DNA of 64,000 nt from assembly GCF_009914755.1 (NCBI RefSeq), contig NC_060929.1; one strand, written 5' to 3'. This DNA comes from the human T2T-CHM13v2.0 reference genome, Homo sapiens. Made by a program: the position numbers and the translations under genes. Positions 16,784 through 29,160 of this stretch are shown one piece after another. The notes below the pieces were generated by a model. It was given only the letters and a program-made list of their open reading frames with translations. It did not search any database and was not told the origin of the DNA. Positions within the stretch are counted from its first letter, which is position 1, and each line of letters begins with the position of its first letter.

Positions 16784-17889
16784 TTAAAGTAGATAGAGTG
16801 ATTCACAAGTTCTAATATTTTTCTATTTCTTTCAAACTTAAAAGTACCAAATAGAAAATAATCAAGATGACCCACTGTAATGTTTGCCATCTATCTAGGA
16901 TTTGAGAGGATAATTCAGGTTGGTTTTTGAAAAATTAATTTTGTTCAGGACACACAAGTGCTAAATACAAGTTTACAAGAATGAAAACCAAGATTAACTC
17001 TGAATGAGTGATGGGAAGAAAAGTCAATTGCCTGATGATTCCTGGCAAATAGCCATATCATATGTTTCTTTTCATATTGGAGTCCCTAGAGGGCAACAGA
17101 TACACAGAAAATGAGTTTTGGCTGAACAATGTGTCACCATCTTGAGGCAAAGTCCAGAATGGTGATGCTATGGATGAACCATGAGTTCAAAAGACTCCAA
17201 ACTGTCTAGGAACATTTCCAAAACTTTATTACAGCATTTTTGTGAGACTATAAAAGGGTGACTTTTAAAAATGTTAAAAAGAGAGACATTCTAAACTAGC
17301 ATAAAATCAGACACTGCGAAAATTAGCTCTATTGCCTTCACAATTCTACTTAGGCACACACACTATAAAACTCTTTCAAATTCACCATTGATGTCTGGAA
17401 GGAAAAAGCTTTCTTTTTCATGCATTCCCTTCTGGATTTTCTGTTTTCCTGTGTTACCAAGCCCAGTCTTAAAAGAATGGCTCCTTCCCTAAACAAAGGA
17501 GGTCCTTGGCTGGTACAGCATAGCTGGACTGTCAGACACTGACAGACTGAAAAGCTACAAATCTGCAATGAACCAACAATAGGGCTCCATGACCTTTAGC
17601 ACCTTCCCGAGTTGTCTGACCCCATTCCTTTGTCTTTCTCACTTTTAGTTTTGGACATGTTACCTACAGCTCCTTCAAAGATCTGAAGTCATCTTAATGT
17701 GTTTCTGTGGAAGTTAAATTCTCAATTGCACATCCTTTTAGTGAAAGTTAAATTAATTTTTAACATATTCTTTCACCCTTTTTCTTCACCCTGTGAAGAT
17801 TTTCACAGATATACACAAAGCATGGTCTTAGATTTCTGAGAACTTGTCTCCTGCTGGATATTCTCAATTCCTTCCTGTTGAAATAAGAA

Positions 17890-17927
<38 letters not shown>
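17890..17927. repeat. (AAT)12 microsatellite
   Basis: Perfect trinucleotide run. Confidence 0.98.
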
Positions 17928-19400
17928 GGCTAAGCCATTCTGACAGCCTCACTAAAAAATTTTCAGTTTGCACAGTACATAGCAACAAGTGACCTGTTAA
18001 ATGATGACAAATCCTTTAGATTATGGCTTTAGACCTTTAACCTTTTGACTTTAGGTTGTATCCAGGGAGCAGTCAGAGAGGAAGAATGCAATAAACTGCT
18101 TGTAATCTAGTGGTCTCAAAAGAAATTACATCAAAACCAGCTGTTACACCACTAGTCATTAAAGACTGACAACACGTTAACTAACATATGGCCATTATAT
18201 TGAAAGAGACTTTCCTCCCCACCCGCTGCCAAACTACTAGAGGACTCTTGCTTCACTTAACATCAGAAAATGTGGATGCAACGAAGCAACTCAACACTTA
18301 AACTATCAATAAGAGAGTTGCATTTGGTTGAGATATGACCTCTTTATTTTAATATTTTTGAGGAATCTGGCCAATTTAGAACATTGTGGTTTAGATGTCT
18401 TGGCAGTTAGAATAACTTTTCTTTGGATTGTTAAATGTCTGTGTTTCTGTAGGATTGCAGCTGTCTTTCCTCCCACCTGCCTTTTGAAATGAAGAAAATT
18501 GATGCAGGGATTTTAATGATAAAGTACAATTCCCCAGGTACCACTTTCTGCGTTCTTTTGCTTGAAATGTTGAAGGACTTTGTGTTGGATGTCACGCCAG
18601 TCTATGTCTGACAACCAACAACATGTCAAAGCTGTGGCATAAAAGCTTGAAATGTAGTGCACATCTTTCTGGGGATTGTCATCCAGCCACACCAGCATTT
18701 AAAATATAGCAAACAGTACTGGTAGGCTTCCAAGATAAAACCCAAAATTAGTCTGGGAAGCACACAGTGGTGGTTTAAAAACATGGGGTGGAAAACATGT
18801 TGCTAAGTGCCTGTTACAGACACAACCTGTATAAAACAGAGAGAATGCCAAGGGCATCCAAAGAAGAGAAGATGTCTTTGCCCACCTGGGAAACCAAACA
18901 TTTGAACAAGAGGGCAAAGCCAGTGACACAGCCAGAGGACAAATTCAGCAAGCAGCACCATTCCTGAGGCATCTTTATGACCTTGCTCTCTGTCAGGCAG
19001 AGTTCTGTCAGTAATCCCCTCAAACTCTTTCCGCATTTTTCTGATTTCTAGAACTAAATTCTATTTTGATTTTTTGTAGTTGAACATATTCTAAATTTTA
19101 AAGCAGATTCAACCCAAAATTAAATATCCATTTTGGATAGAAAAAACAACTACAACCAAGATGTGATCTTATGAGGCTAACAACATATTTTTTGATCTGT
19201 AGATGCATGGCCAAGTCTTTATGCAGTGAGGGTGTTTGGAAGTTTTGTTCCTTTTTTTCACTCAAATAACAAGAATAAAAATTTGGCATGCCTTTGTTTG
19301 TTCATTCACTTGCTGCATAATTGTCAGCTGGCAGCCTACCTCAGTGCTAGGCCTAATTCAACCAAACATGAGGGCAGGATTTACCCTCCTACTTGTTGCT

Positions 19401-19531
19401 TTTTTTTTTCCTGGAGAAACAAGGTCTTTCTGTGTTGTCCAGGCTGGTCTCGAGTGCCTGGCCTCAAGCAATTCTCCTGTCTCAGCCTCCCAAAGCGCTG
19501 GGATTACAGGTGTCAGTCACTATGCCAAGGC
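19401..19531 (-). mobile_element. FLAM (free left Alu monomer)
   Basis: Single monomer with T-tract. TSD ACTTGTTGCT at 19391-19400 and 19533-19542. Confidence 0.88.
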
Positions 19532-20065
19532 AACTTGTTGCTCTTCATTGTGAGATTGAACAAAGGGGAGTGGAGTTAAGGAACCCACATTTGAATCATA
19601 TCTGTAAAATGCACTTGTTAAGGCCAATGCTCTCAAATTTCACAGATTTTTTTGAATGAAAATTCTATAAAATAAAATGCATGAAAGTGTTCTGTACAAT
19701 TTATGCAATGTATAAAAGAATTAATAATTTTATTACCTTCTGCAACTACCTAATTATCTAGTAGAGTGAGTGGTGACCATGCGTCCTGGGACTATCTCCA
19801 CTGTGTGCAAGGTTAATCCCACATGAATATTCTTACTGCTGGAACCTCTGATATTGACCCCCGTAAGGGACCCTAAAATATTCATTAGTAAGTAAAATGT
19901 TAGTGATGCTCATATGTCAGGTATTCCTGATGGTTATAATAATAATACATTTGGTACTTGTCTCGCCACTAGTAAGTGAGGAAAAAACAATGCAACCTTC
20001 ACTGGCACTCTAACTGCACCCCTGCATTGTTAATCCACAAATATTTTCTTGTCTTATTTTTTAAA

Positions 20066-20225
20066 TTAAGCTGAACAGAAAGATACATACCACATGTTCT
20101 TACTTATGTGTAGAATCTAGAAGAACTGAACTAGAAACAAAGAGTAGAATGGTATGTACCAGAAGCTGGGGTTGGGGAAGGGGTGGGGAGAGGATAGTTG
20201 AAGGGTACAGAGTCTCAGTTAGACA
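20066..20225 (+). mobile_element. L1MA 3'UTR fragment
   Basis: AGATACATACCACATGTTCTTACTTATGTG...GAGTAGAATGGT...CAGTTAGACA. Confidence 0.7.
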
Positions 20226-20499
20226 CCTACATATTCTGAAAGGGATTGTAATAACTTGTTTATATACTTATTTACATAATCCATGACACTTTTCCACTCT
20301 TTTACCCTTGTTAAGGTGGAGCAACTCTCCATATATTGGTAATACTTATGTCTTCCCTTTACAGTGAAAATTCTCACCCTGGCATGCTTTTTTTGGTTTA
20401 TGTTTTTAGGAAGATTCCATGTTGAATGTGACGCGTGAGTGAATATAGTACACCCCTTTTTTACATTCTTCCCAATTCACAAGGTTGCCTGATTTGTCT

Positions 20500-21060
20500 C
20501 AAAATGTCTTTCTACAATCTCAGAAATAGATCCTATGTCAGCCCATGTTTATATTCTGTGACCATGCTTGACTAGGCCAGGGGTAGACATGTGACCTAAG
20601 TTCAATCAATCAGATCCTGTTGCCCTAATTATGGAATTAAGACTTAGAAACTGTCAGTTAGAATATTTCTACATGTGGCACAAAACATAACCTATAAATC
20701 CATAGATTGTAAGAGATGTGTCTGTGAAGAAAAAATGGGGAACTAAGTGTGATGATGGGTATGTTAATTTGTTCTGCTATGATAACCATTTAAAAATATA
20801 TATGTATCTTATAACATTTGTGTTTTATACCTTCAATAAGATTTTTGAAATTAAAAAGTAACTGTCAGAGAAGCATAAAGCAGAGATTCATTAAGAAGCC
20901 AAAAATAGAGGGTTCAGTTACTTGTATCACAACTTTTCATATCCATGGGTAAAACTCTGTTTCACAAGACATTCCTGTATCTCTATAATACATTCCATGT
21001 TTTGTTATTGTTAGCCTATATAAAATTAATTTATGTTACATGCAAAGTCCTAAAAAATAT
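20500..21060 (+). mobile_element. Decayed ERVL LTR (LTR16/LTR33-like) containing an L1M 3'-tail fragment at about 20730-20857
   Basis: CATGTGACCTAAGTTCAATCAATCAGA LTR motif. L1 tail GTGATGATGGGTATGTTAATT. Confidence 0.5.
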
Positions 21061-22001
21061 AGGGAGATTTCATACTAACCTAAAGACTCTTAATAGCCTA
21101 AGGGAGGTGAGAAAAATAGAGAGTATTTAGGTCAAAAAGAAATTCCTAGAAAAATTTTATATGTTTATCATAAAAAGTAACATACAATGAAAATTATGCA
21201 AGATTTGGTGATATTAAATCTATCATGTTAGCGATTCATTATATTTTTGGAGCAGATTCTTGCATCAGCTAAGAGTCAGACCAAATGACCACTAAATTTT
21301 TGTCACACTGTTGCCCAATTTTTATCTTTGAGTTGACAAAAAAATATATAGAGAGATATATAAAATGTCATATTGTTTGGATAATTAAAAGATCTTTTCA
21401 TAGGACCAAGAGTCAGTGACACTCAAAAAGCAATGAATACACCTAGTCTCTCTCAGTCTCAGAACTCCTAGAGAAGTAGCTTATTCCAGGGCAGGGGCAG
21501 AACATAGAAGATGAGCCTGGAATATTTTGTTATGCCAGAAAGTGCCAAAAATAAAATGATGGGGGTATGTAACAAGAACAGAGAAGCCTACTTGAAGCAG
21601 CTCCCACTGACCAAATCTGGGACAATTTGTTTACCAAAATAATTAAGAACAATAATTAATCTTAAAATATAGAAAAAATAGGAATTCATAAGGCCATACC
21701 ATTAATTAATTATTAAGAAGAAAGGGCTTTTTGTTACAGTTGATTGTCAATTACCAACTGATAAATGTGAAAAGAGTGCTGAGGTTGGAAAATCAGCATT
21801 TTGCAGCCATCATAATTAAGACTAGGTCAGACAAAAATTATCAATAAATGCTGAATCTATAGAGAAATTTTGCAAGAAGTAGAATATTTTCATGAACTTA
21901 AATGGTGTCCTTACCGGCTGCTTATTAATAATGAAGAAAAAAATAGCAATTATACTATGGAGAAATTAAACACTTTGATCACATGATGAAAAATACTATT
22001 A

Positions 22002-22048
22002 CATTGAAAGTAATGGCAAAAAACACAATTAATTTTGCACCAACTTAA
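22002..22048. mobile_element. Half MADE1 (Hsmar1 mariner MITE) inside L1MC
   Basis: CATTGAAAGTAATGGCAAAAAACACAATTAATTTTGCACCAACTTAA followed by TA. One TIR only. Confidence 0.8.
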
Positions 22049-22556
22049 TATCAGCAATGATGAACAGATGGACATCATGCATCTCTAGGTGTAATACCCT
22101 GAGAAGGTCAAAACATCACCTATGTAGTGTTTTGGCCAAGAATAAATAAACTGAATCTGAAGTTTCATTTTAAAATAACCAGACAAATCCAAATTGAGAA
22201 ATGTTATATTTTTAAAACGGGGAGAAATATCAATGCCATTTAAGGTAAAGAAAGGCTATGGAAATGTGATAAATCAAGAGTCTAAAAAGACATGGCAATT
22301 AAGTGCATTATCTGCCCTGGATTCTGTACTGGGGAAGAAAACCATGCTATAAAGGGCATTATGGGATCAATTTTGAAAACTGGAAAATGGACAATAATTT
22401 AAAATATTGTATCAATGTTAAATTTACTGAAGTTGACCGTTGCACTGTGGATATGTGAGAGACTATCCCTATTAGCAAATACACACTGAAGTTATTAGGA
22501 ATACAGTGAAAAGCCATGTAGTATATAATTTACCCTGCAATGGTTCAGAAAACAAC

Positions 22557-22594
<38 letters not shown>
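22557..22594. repeat. (GA)n microsatellite
   Basis: AG run with one interruption. Confidence 0.95.
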
Positions 22595-22595
<1 letters not shown>

Positions 22596-22789
22596 ATAGA
22601 TAGAGCAAAGTATAAAACAAATGGGGCAAAATGTTCACATAGGTGATTCTGGGCAAAAGCTTTGTATGTTCTTTGAACTATTTTTATTCTTGCATTTTTT
22701 CTTTAACTTTGAAATTATTTCCAAATAAAAAGTTTAATTTTAAAAAAGATCTGTTCAGAGACCAGAATGAGACCATGGGAAATGTCTAA

Positions 22790-23135
22790 TGAGGCATCTC
22801 AAACTGTTCTAAGGGATGTCAATAGGTGTTCTGAAAATATAAATAGTTCAAATTTAAACAAAGTTTAAAATGTTAGGGTAAACAAAAATACAAGTTTCTT
22901 TATTGAAAAACTCAGAACCTTCCTTATGTTGCTGATGGAGATGGTGAAACTCTAAAAAAAAGTTGGGTGGGGGGCTTTAGCTTGAAGTATTTACCAATTT
23001 ACCAAATTGGTAAATTTACACAATTTCTCTTGCACATAGGCATAATTTAGTAGCTTTCTTCTCTAGCACTATTTACCAATTGGTAAATTTACCAATTTAT
23101 CAAATATCTTTGGGCACTGAACTCCTTTTTATTCT
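22790..23135 (+). mobile_element. MER103-like hAT-Charlie element interrupted by a templated insertion
   Basis: AAGGGATGTCAATAGGTGTTC, GGTAAACAAA, GTTTCTTTATTG...CTCAGAACCT motifs. Confidence 0.65.
23018..23072 (-). repeat. 55-bp inverted duplicate of 24252-24306
   Basis: The reverse complement matches 24252-24306 at 53/55 positions. Confidence 0.95.
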
Positions 23136-23219
23136 CCTGTCTACAGGGAGAAAATTTAGATTTTGATTTTTAATTTTGCCCAATATTCTTATTCTTGTAC
23201 ATCAGAATCAAAGTAATTA

Positions 23220-23640
23220 ATGTATCCAGAATACTTACTCTGTGCCAGTGCATTATTTTTCATTATTGTAAGTGTATGAAGTAGAAGTTACTCTCACCTC
23301 CATTGAATAGATACAGCTCAATAATAACTTAATTATACATTTTTAAATAACTGAAAGAGTGTAATTGGATTATTTGTAACACAAAGATAAATGTTTGAGG
23401 GGAGGAATGCCCCATTCTCCATGATGTGCTTATTTCGTATTGCATGCCTGTATCAAAACATCTCATGTACTCCATAAATCTATACACCTACTATATACCC
23501 ACAACAATTAAAAATTAAATAGGTACAGCTCAGAGAGGTCATGCGACTTACCCAAGGTCACACATCTAATAAATCAGAAGACTGACGTGAACTTTGGATA
23601 CCTGGCTCTGAAGCTGAGTTTGACCTCGACGCTATACTGT
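23220..23640 (-). mobile_element. MIR split by an L1MA insertion
   Basis: Resumes at 23533 as GAGAGGTCATGCGACTTACCCAAGGTCACACA. Confidence 0.75.
23321..23517 (+). mobile_element. Short 5'-truncated L1MA1-3 (about 200 bp)
   Basis: TTGCATGCCTGTATCAAAACATCTCATGTAC tail. TSD AATAG(A/G)TACAGCTCA at 23306-23320 and 23518-23532. Confidence 0.9.
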
Positions 23641-24969
23641 CAAAACAATTACTGCCAAAATCTAGACCCTTCACTCCCAATCTTGACCTCTCCCTAAATT
23701 ACTAAATAAAATGACCTAATTTATTTTCTATCTTAATTTTCAATCACTCAAAGAGTTGAAAAATCTACTAATTATCATGGTGCTCTGATTATGTATCCTT
23801 CATTTTTATATTTAACAATGAAAAGTAAATTTCTTATATTTCCTGATACATATGACAATTACCTCAAATACTAAGACACACAGTTTACCTTAAATAATTC
23901 TAATTTCTGCATTGTTTGTGTGTTGTCTCATATTTCTAAGGCAATAGCCTCTCACTTCTAGAGACTTCAGAATATTATTATTATTATTAAGTAACATTTA
24001 CATAGCACTTTATATTGCCAAGTGTTTTACAATTAATTCTAGCAGTTGTTCCTCCCAGGATTCTCCTAATGTAAGACAGTGGTTTGTTAAATCCTCTGAA
24101 TAGACCACAAATGAAAATTATTTCAAATAGGTCTAGTGGAACTTTTTCTAAGTTTCAAGACCACTCTTTTGGGTGCTACAATTAGCAATGTCTCTCAAGA
24201 GCACAACCCAAGAAACATGGCCAATGAAATAATTATCAATTCAAAAAGTTGATAGTGCTAGAGAAGAAAGCTGCTAAATCATGCCTATGTGCAAGAGAAA
24301 TTGTGTCTAAAATATTTTTACTGCTGATTAGTTTCTGCAGTTAGTTGCACATCAGGCTAATTTTCTTTCCACTTGCAATTTTCAAGAATCTTCACTGTAG
24401 GCTAGACTTTGAATTCCTACTTTAATGGAAGTTCTAAACAGCTCCTTACTTTGATACGTATTACAATAACATTTCATGAAAAAAAGAACATGGATCTGTT
24501 ATTTAATAATGAAGAATTGTGGTACAAACAGCAATGCTTGTCTTAGCAACCACTGATGTAGAAATTGACAGCTTTTAGGCTGCAGTTTCCTCTGCCCAAC
24601 TTGGCTGGTAACTTTCTAATGAAATGACAGTTTGCCAGCATGCAAAGCCACTAGACTTGCACAGCTAAGTGTATGTCTACAAGAACAACATTGTGATCTT
24701 AGTTACTGTATATGTTACTTGCTTAAGTTTATCAATCAAAATCTACCAGAAGCAGAGCCAATGGTGAAGCCAGCTACAAAGGTGAATTCAGGTATCAGCT
24801 TTCTGTTTATAAAGAACGAAACAGTGTGGACATTGCCCTAATGTCTAAATTATAAAACTGTGGCGTGATTGATTAAAATTATAACTGTGTTCAGTAATTA
24901 GATCAACTCCACAAAGGGGATTCAAACCAAAGTCGAGTTTTGGGAACCATTTTGTGTCTCTCTTCAGCC

Positions 24970-25668
24970 TGACTGTCCAGCCTAATTTTCAACTACATTG
25001 AGCCCTCATAGGTTGTTGCATCTGAGGCTTTGCCAAGACCTAATGCTCTCCCATGTCCTTTTCTCTCTTCTCCTCCCTCTCCCTCAAATCCTAACTGCTT
25101 CCCCATCTTCTTGTCAACTTTTACTCTTTCTTTTTAATCCCTGCCATATGTGATGGCTTACATCTATAATCCCAACACTTTGGGAAGCTGAGGCAGGAGG
25201 ATTACATGAACCCAGGAGTCTGAAACATGCTTGGGCAACATAGTGAGACCCTGACTCTACAACAAGTGAAATAAAATAAAAATTAGTTAGGTGTGGTCAC
25301 CACTGCACTCTAGCCTGGCCAACAGTGTGAGACCTTGTCACTAAAATAAAAACAAACAAAACAAAAACAAAAACAAAAAACCTTGCCCAGGCATTACATC
25401 CTCTGTTCCTCTGTTTAAATTTTTCTTGACCTCCAATTTCTACCTTACAGTTGTAGGTTATTGTTATCTCTCCAATGTCCTTTTTGTTCTTTTTATTTTT
25501 ATTGTTTTATTCATCCAATGGATTTATAATGATTTGTTTGTAAGTATATGTGATCCACTAAACCACGGCACCTGGAAAGTGGGCACAGACTATGTCCTAC
25601 TCCTTCTTTTATCTAAGGACCTACTAGTGTAATGACACATCGTAGGCCATCAGTGAATACTAAAATGA
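24970..25668 (+). mobile_element. L2 fragment hosting an AluJ
   Basis: Pyrimidine-rich L2-like body with 3' end GACACATCGTAGGCCATCAGTGAATA. Confidence 0.5.
25143..25380 (+). mobile_element. AluJ with an internal right-arm deletion
   Basis: GGGCAACATAGTGAGACCCT is J-type. The right arm jumps from GTGTGGT to CACCACTGCACTC at 25297/25298. (AAAAC)n tail. Confidence 0.88.
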
Positions 25669-26151
25669 TCAGCTGACCTTTAACTAGGTCCATCTAGGAG
25701 AATTAACAGCTAAGAGATTAAAAAACATGTTAAGATAATAATGAATGGTATACATTATTTTTATAGCTTTTTGGGTAAAATGATCTAGAGACATTTTAAA
25801 AAATTGAACAATATAGAAAACACAAAAAAGAAAGTAACAAATTACCAGTTATCCATAGATAACTAGTCACATATACATTAATATGCATTTATAAACATGA
25901 GTATACAATTCTACAGAAACGGCATAATTTTACATAAACTCTTATGTAATCTGATTTTATTAACTCAATTATATATGGTACGGATACTTTTCCATGTCAA
26001 TAAATATAACCTAAGTCTCATTCCAGTAGCAGCAGAGTAGTTCATAATATGAACATAACATACTTCAATATGTTATGAATAAATTACTGTATTCAATTTT
26101 TCATTATTGGAAATATTGTCACAATGATGTTTTGGCTAAAAATATGTTACT

Positions 26152-26820
26152 ATGGAACCCTTGGGCCACTATTCATGGGATTGTAAAATGGAATAGCCAT
26201 TGTGGAAGACAGTATGGTGGTTCCTTAAAAAATAAAAAAAATGGAATTATCACATGATTCAGCAATTCCACTTCTGGGTATATACCTAAAAGAATTGAAA
26301 ACAAAATGTTGAAGAGATATTTGTGCACCCATGTGTATAGCAGCTTTATTCACAATGGCTAAAACGTGGAAGCTACCCAAATATGCATCAATGGATGAAT
26401 AGATAAACAAAATGTGGTACATACATGGGAAGGAATATTATTCAGCCTTAAAAAGGAAGGAAGTTCTGACCTATGCTACAACATAAGTGAACCTTAAGGA
26501 CATTACACCAAGTGAAATAAGCCAGTTACAAGCAGACAAACACTGTATGATTCTACTATGAGGCACTTAGAGTAGTTAAAATCATAGAGATAGAAAGTAG
26601 AATAGCAGGGACTAGAGGAAGGAGGGAATAGAAGTTGTTAATGGGTATTGAGTTTCATTTTACAAGATGAAAAAGAATTATGAAGAGAGATGATGGTGAT
26701 GTTTGCACAACATTACAAATGTATTTAATACCATTGAATTATATACTTACAAATGGTTAACATAACATCATAAATTTTATGTTATATGTATTTTACCGCA
26801 ATAAAAAAATGGAAAAAAAT
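26152..26820 (+). mobile_element. L1MB (MB2/MB3-like) 3' end, nested in an older antisense L1ME (about 25800-26925)
   Basis: CAGCAATTCCACTTCTGGGTATATACC and TATTCAGCCTTAAAAAGGAAGGAA; ends TTTTACCGCAATAAAAAAA. Confidence 0.88.
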
Positions 26821-28419
26821 GTGTGAGTGACAATTATTAGTGAGACAAAGCATCTTTTCATATGTTTACTGTTCATTTGTATTTCCTCTTTTGTAATTTA
26901 CTATTATAGCCTGTTGTTCTAGTATTTTGACAAGTATTTCACGAAGGATTGCCAGTGCTTCTCAACAGAAAGAAGTAACTAATGTTAGAACTTCAGGTAA
27001 GGAGTCAAGGGAATGTGGAAGAATATTTGTGAAGCATGTGCCTTTAAGTGCCTATCAAATCCTAGAACTTTACGGGCTCTTGCCAGCAATAACAATAGCG
27101 CTGTGTTATATGCTCAATTTGTAGAAATATGGGCTTCACCTTTGGTGGTATTTCCATTGTGAGGTAAGGAGTTTAGAAAATCAGTGTGTTTGTCTATCAG
27201 ATTTTTTGCTTTTCTTCAAAGTAATCCCTCACAATGTTCACTGAAAAATATTTAAGACTAAGTTACTGACCTCAGAGATTTTATTTAGGGTTTACATGTC
27301 ACTATGCAATCTGTTTTTCCCACAGGAATTTAAAATAAACACATTAAAATAGAATTTACATATTTGAAATTACAGTCTAAAAGCTGACTTATTTTCTGGA
27401 GATTTCTATGGCCTATATTTAACTATAATATTTGACACAATTTATTTCCCAAACCACGCTCTATCTTTCTGAGATCTTTAATCCTACAGGGTAAAATAAG
27501 ACAGTTTCAAGTACAGCTCTAAATACACACCTGTGTATCCCTTTTGTGTCACAATTCACAGTGGCTTTGTTGATCTCTAAAGTACTAAAAAGAATTTGAT
27601 TTTCATGCCATAAACACCATTATTCTGAACAATTGAAAGATGAGTAGGTGAGAGTCTGGGTAGTGTTGTTTTCTAAGCAAAAATGGAAAAGCAAAGTTTC
27701 AGGATCGATTTTTGTCAGATATGTGAACACCCGTTCTATAGAATTTAGCTCCTGTTTTGACAGCTTATTGAATACTCCCTCAACTTTTCCCGCCTGTTAA
27801 TGTCTCCCATTAATTAATACCCATTCTCTGTTCACAGTTTTGATAGAATAGCAGTAGTTGTTAACACAACACTCATAATCACAATTGTACAGGTATGTAT
27901 TTTGTCTGTGTTATGTGTAAGCCTCAGATATTAAATATTAGGAGAAAAGTAAAGTAAAATTTCTAGAAATAAAATTGTTTTGTAATAACAATAAGAACGG
28001 TTTTTATTTCATTTTTTTCCTTTCCTTATGCTGGTATCAAACTCCATAAAATATCTCCCTATATTTCCTTTATTTTTTGTATGAATGAGACTACAATAAT
28101 TGGATTTAAAATTTTTTTAATACATCTGGAAGACACTGTTTTGTTACTTGCTAGAACCGGGGAGCAACATTTTACAATGCAAATAATGGTCATCAAGGGA
28201 TGTGACATGTTCAAATACAATTTTTCCCTTAGGGTTCAAAGCAATTTAGAAATATATAACCTTTCAACATTTTTAAAGTGTGCAGAATTTTGGTACAATG
28301 TTTCTCCAAATTTTTAAGAGCGTAACATTCTGAAAAATAACGACAATTAAGTTTTACTGGAGGAGCTGAGGATGGTGACTGGTATAGATCTTCATATGAG
28401 TTTTTAAAAGTTATGCATG

Positions 28420-29160
28420 TGCATTTGTAAAAATTTGACTATACAAAAACCTTTTTTAAAAAACAATTTTAATATTCATACAAATATTTTGGACGGTTTT
28501 GTGTTTTCCTTCAAGGTTTTTTTTTCCTGTACATCGATGTTTCTTTATTACACAATTGTGACATCACATCAAAAGCATATCCCCATGTTACTACATCTTT
28601 TTCAAAACCATTATTTTAATGTCTGAATTAAATGCTGTTGAGTACAATTAGTAAACACTGAAAGTTTACTTAGTAATTCTCCTACAATTAAGCATTTGCT
28701 TGCCTCTTTAAAAAAAACTATAAATAAATCTCTGAAAAGCATCATAATGCCTACCCTCAAATTTAAAATTGTTGCTTTAAGTTTCTAAAAATGGAATTAT
28801 TAGCTCAAAATACATACTTACATGTGTTTTTACAAAGAAATGTATATGTATTCATACAGCATATGTATTTTGTGTATTTATGTGTGTATATATAATATGT
28901 ATTTTATATATGTGTATATGTATGTAACTGAAAATTGAAAAGTGGTTCCTGCAATTATGTGTATATATATATATATATGAAAGAGAGAGAGAGAGAGAAC
29001 CAGTTGCACTCCTGCCAGCAATGTATAAGCTGAACTCTGAATTTCATAGAACCATTGCAAGCATTGGGGGTTACAATTTTTTTTCATCTTTTTTAGTTGA
29101 TTGGTCAAAAAAAGGAGGTTATTTGACTTCTCTTTTATGTTTATTTGATTATCAGACAGA
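28420..29160 (-). mobile_element. Decayed L1ME-like fragments with (TA)n/(GA)n low-complexity runs at 28840-28998
   Basis: TTGCACTCCTGCCAGCAATGTATAAG is a typical antisense L1M 3' motif. Confidence 0.5.

Larger units (their letters stand above)
21410..22748 (+). mobile_element. L1MC (MC4/MC5-like) 3'UTR
   Basis: ATTCCAGGGCAGGGGCAG...AAGATGAGCCTGGAATATTTTGTTATGCCAGAAAGT. Ends TTTGAAATTATTTCCAAATAAAAAGTT. Confidence 0.8.

Noticed and set aside
17803-17988. ORF with poly-Ile resembling a membrane peptide
   Set aside because: It is a translation of the (AAT)12 microsatellite.
18513-19036. Several overlapping short minus-strand ORFs in unique sequence
   Set aside because: No homology recognised and no consistent exon boundaries.
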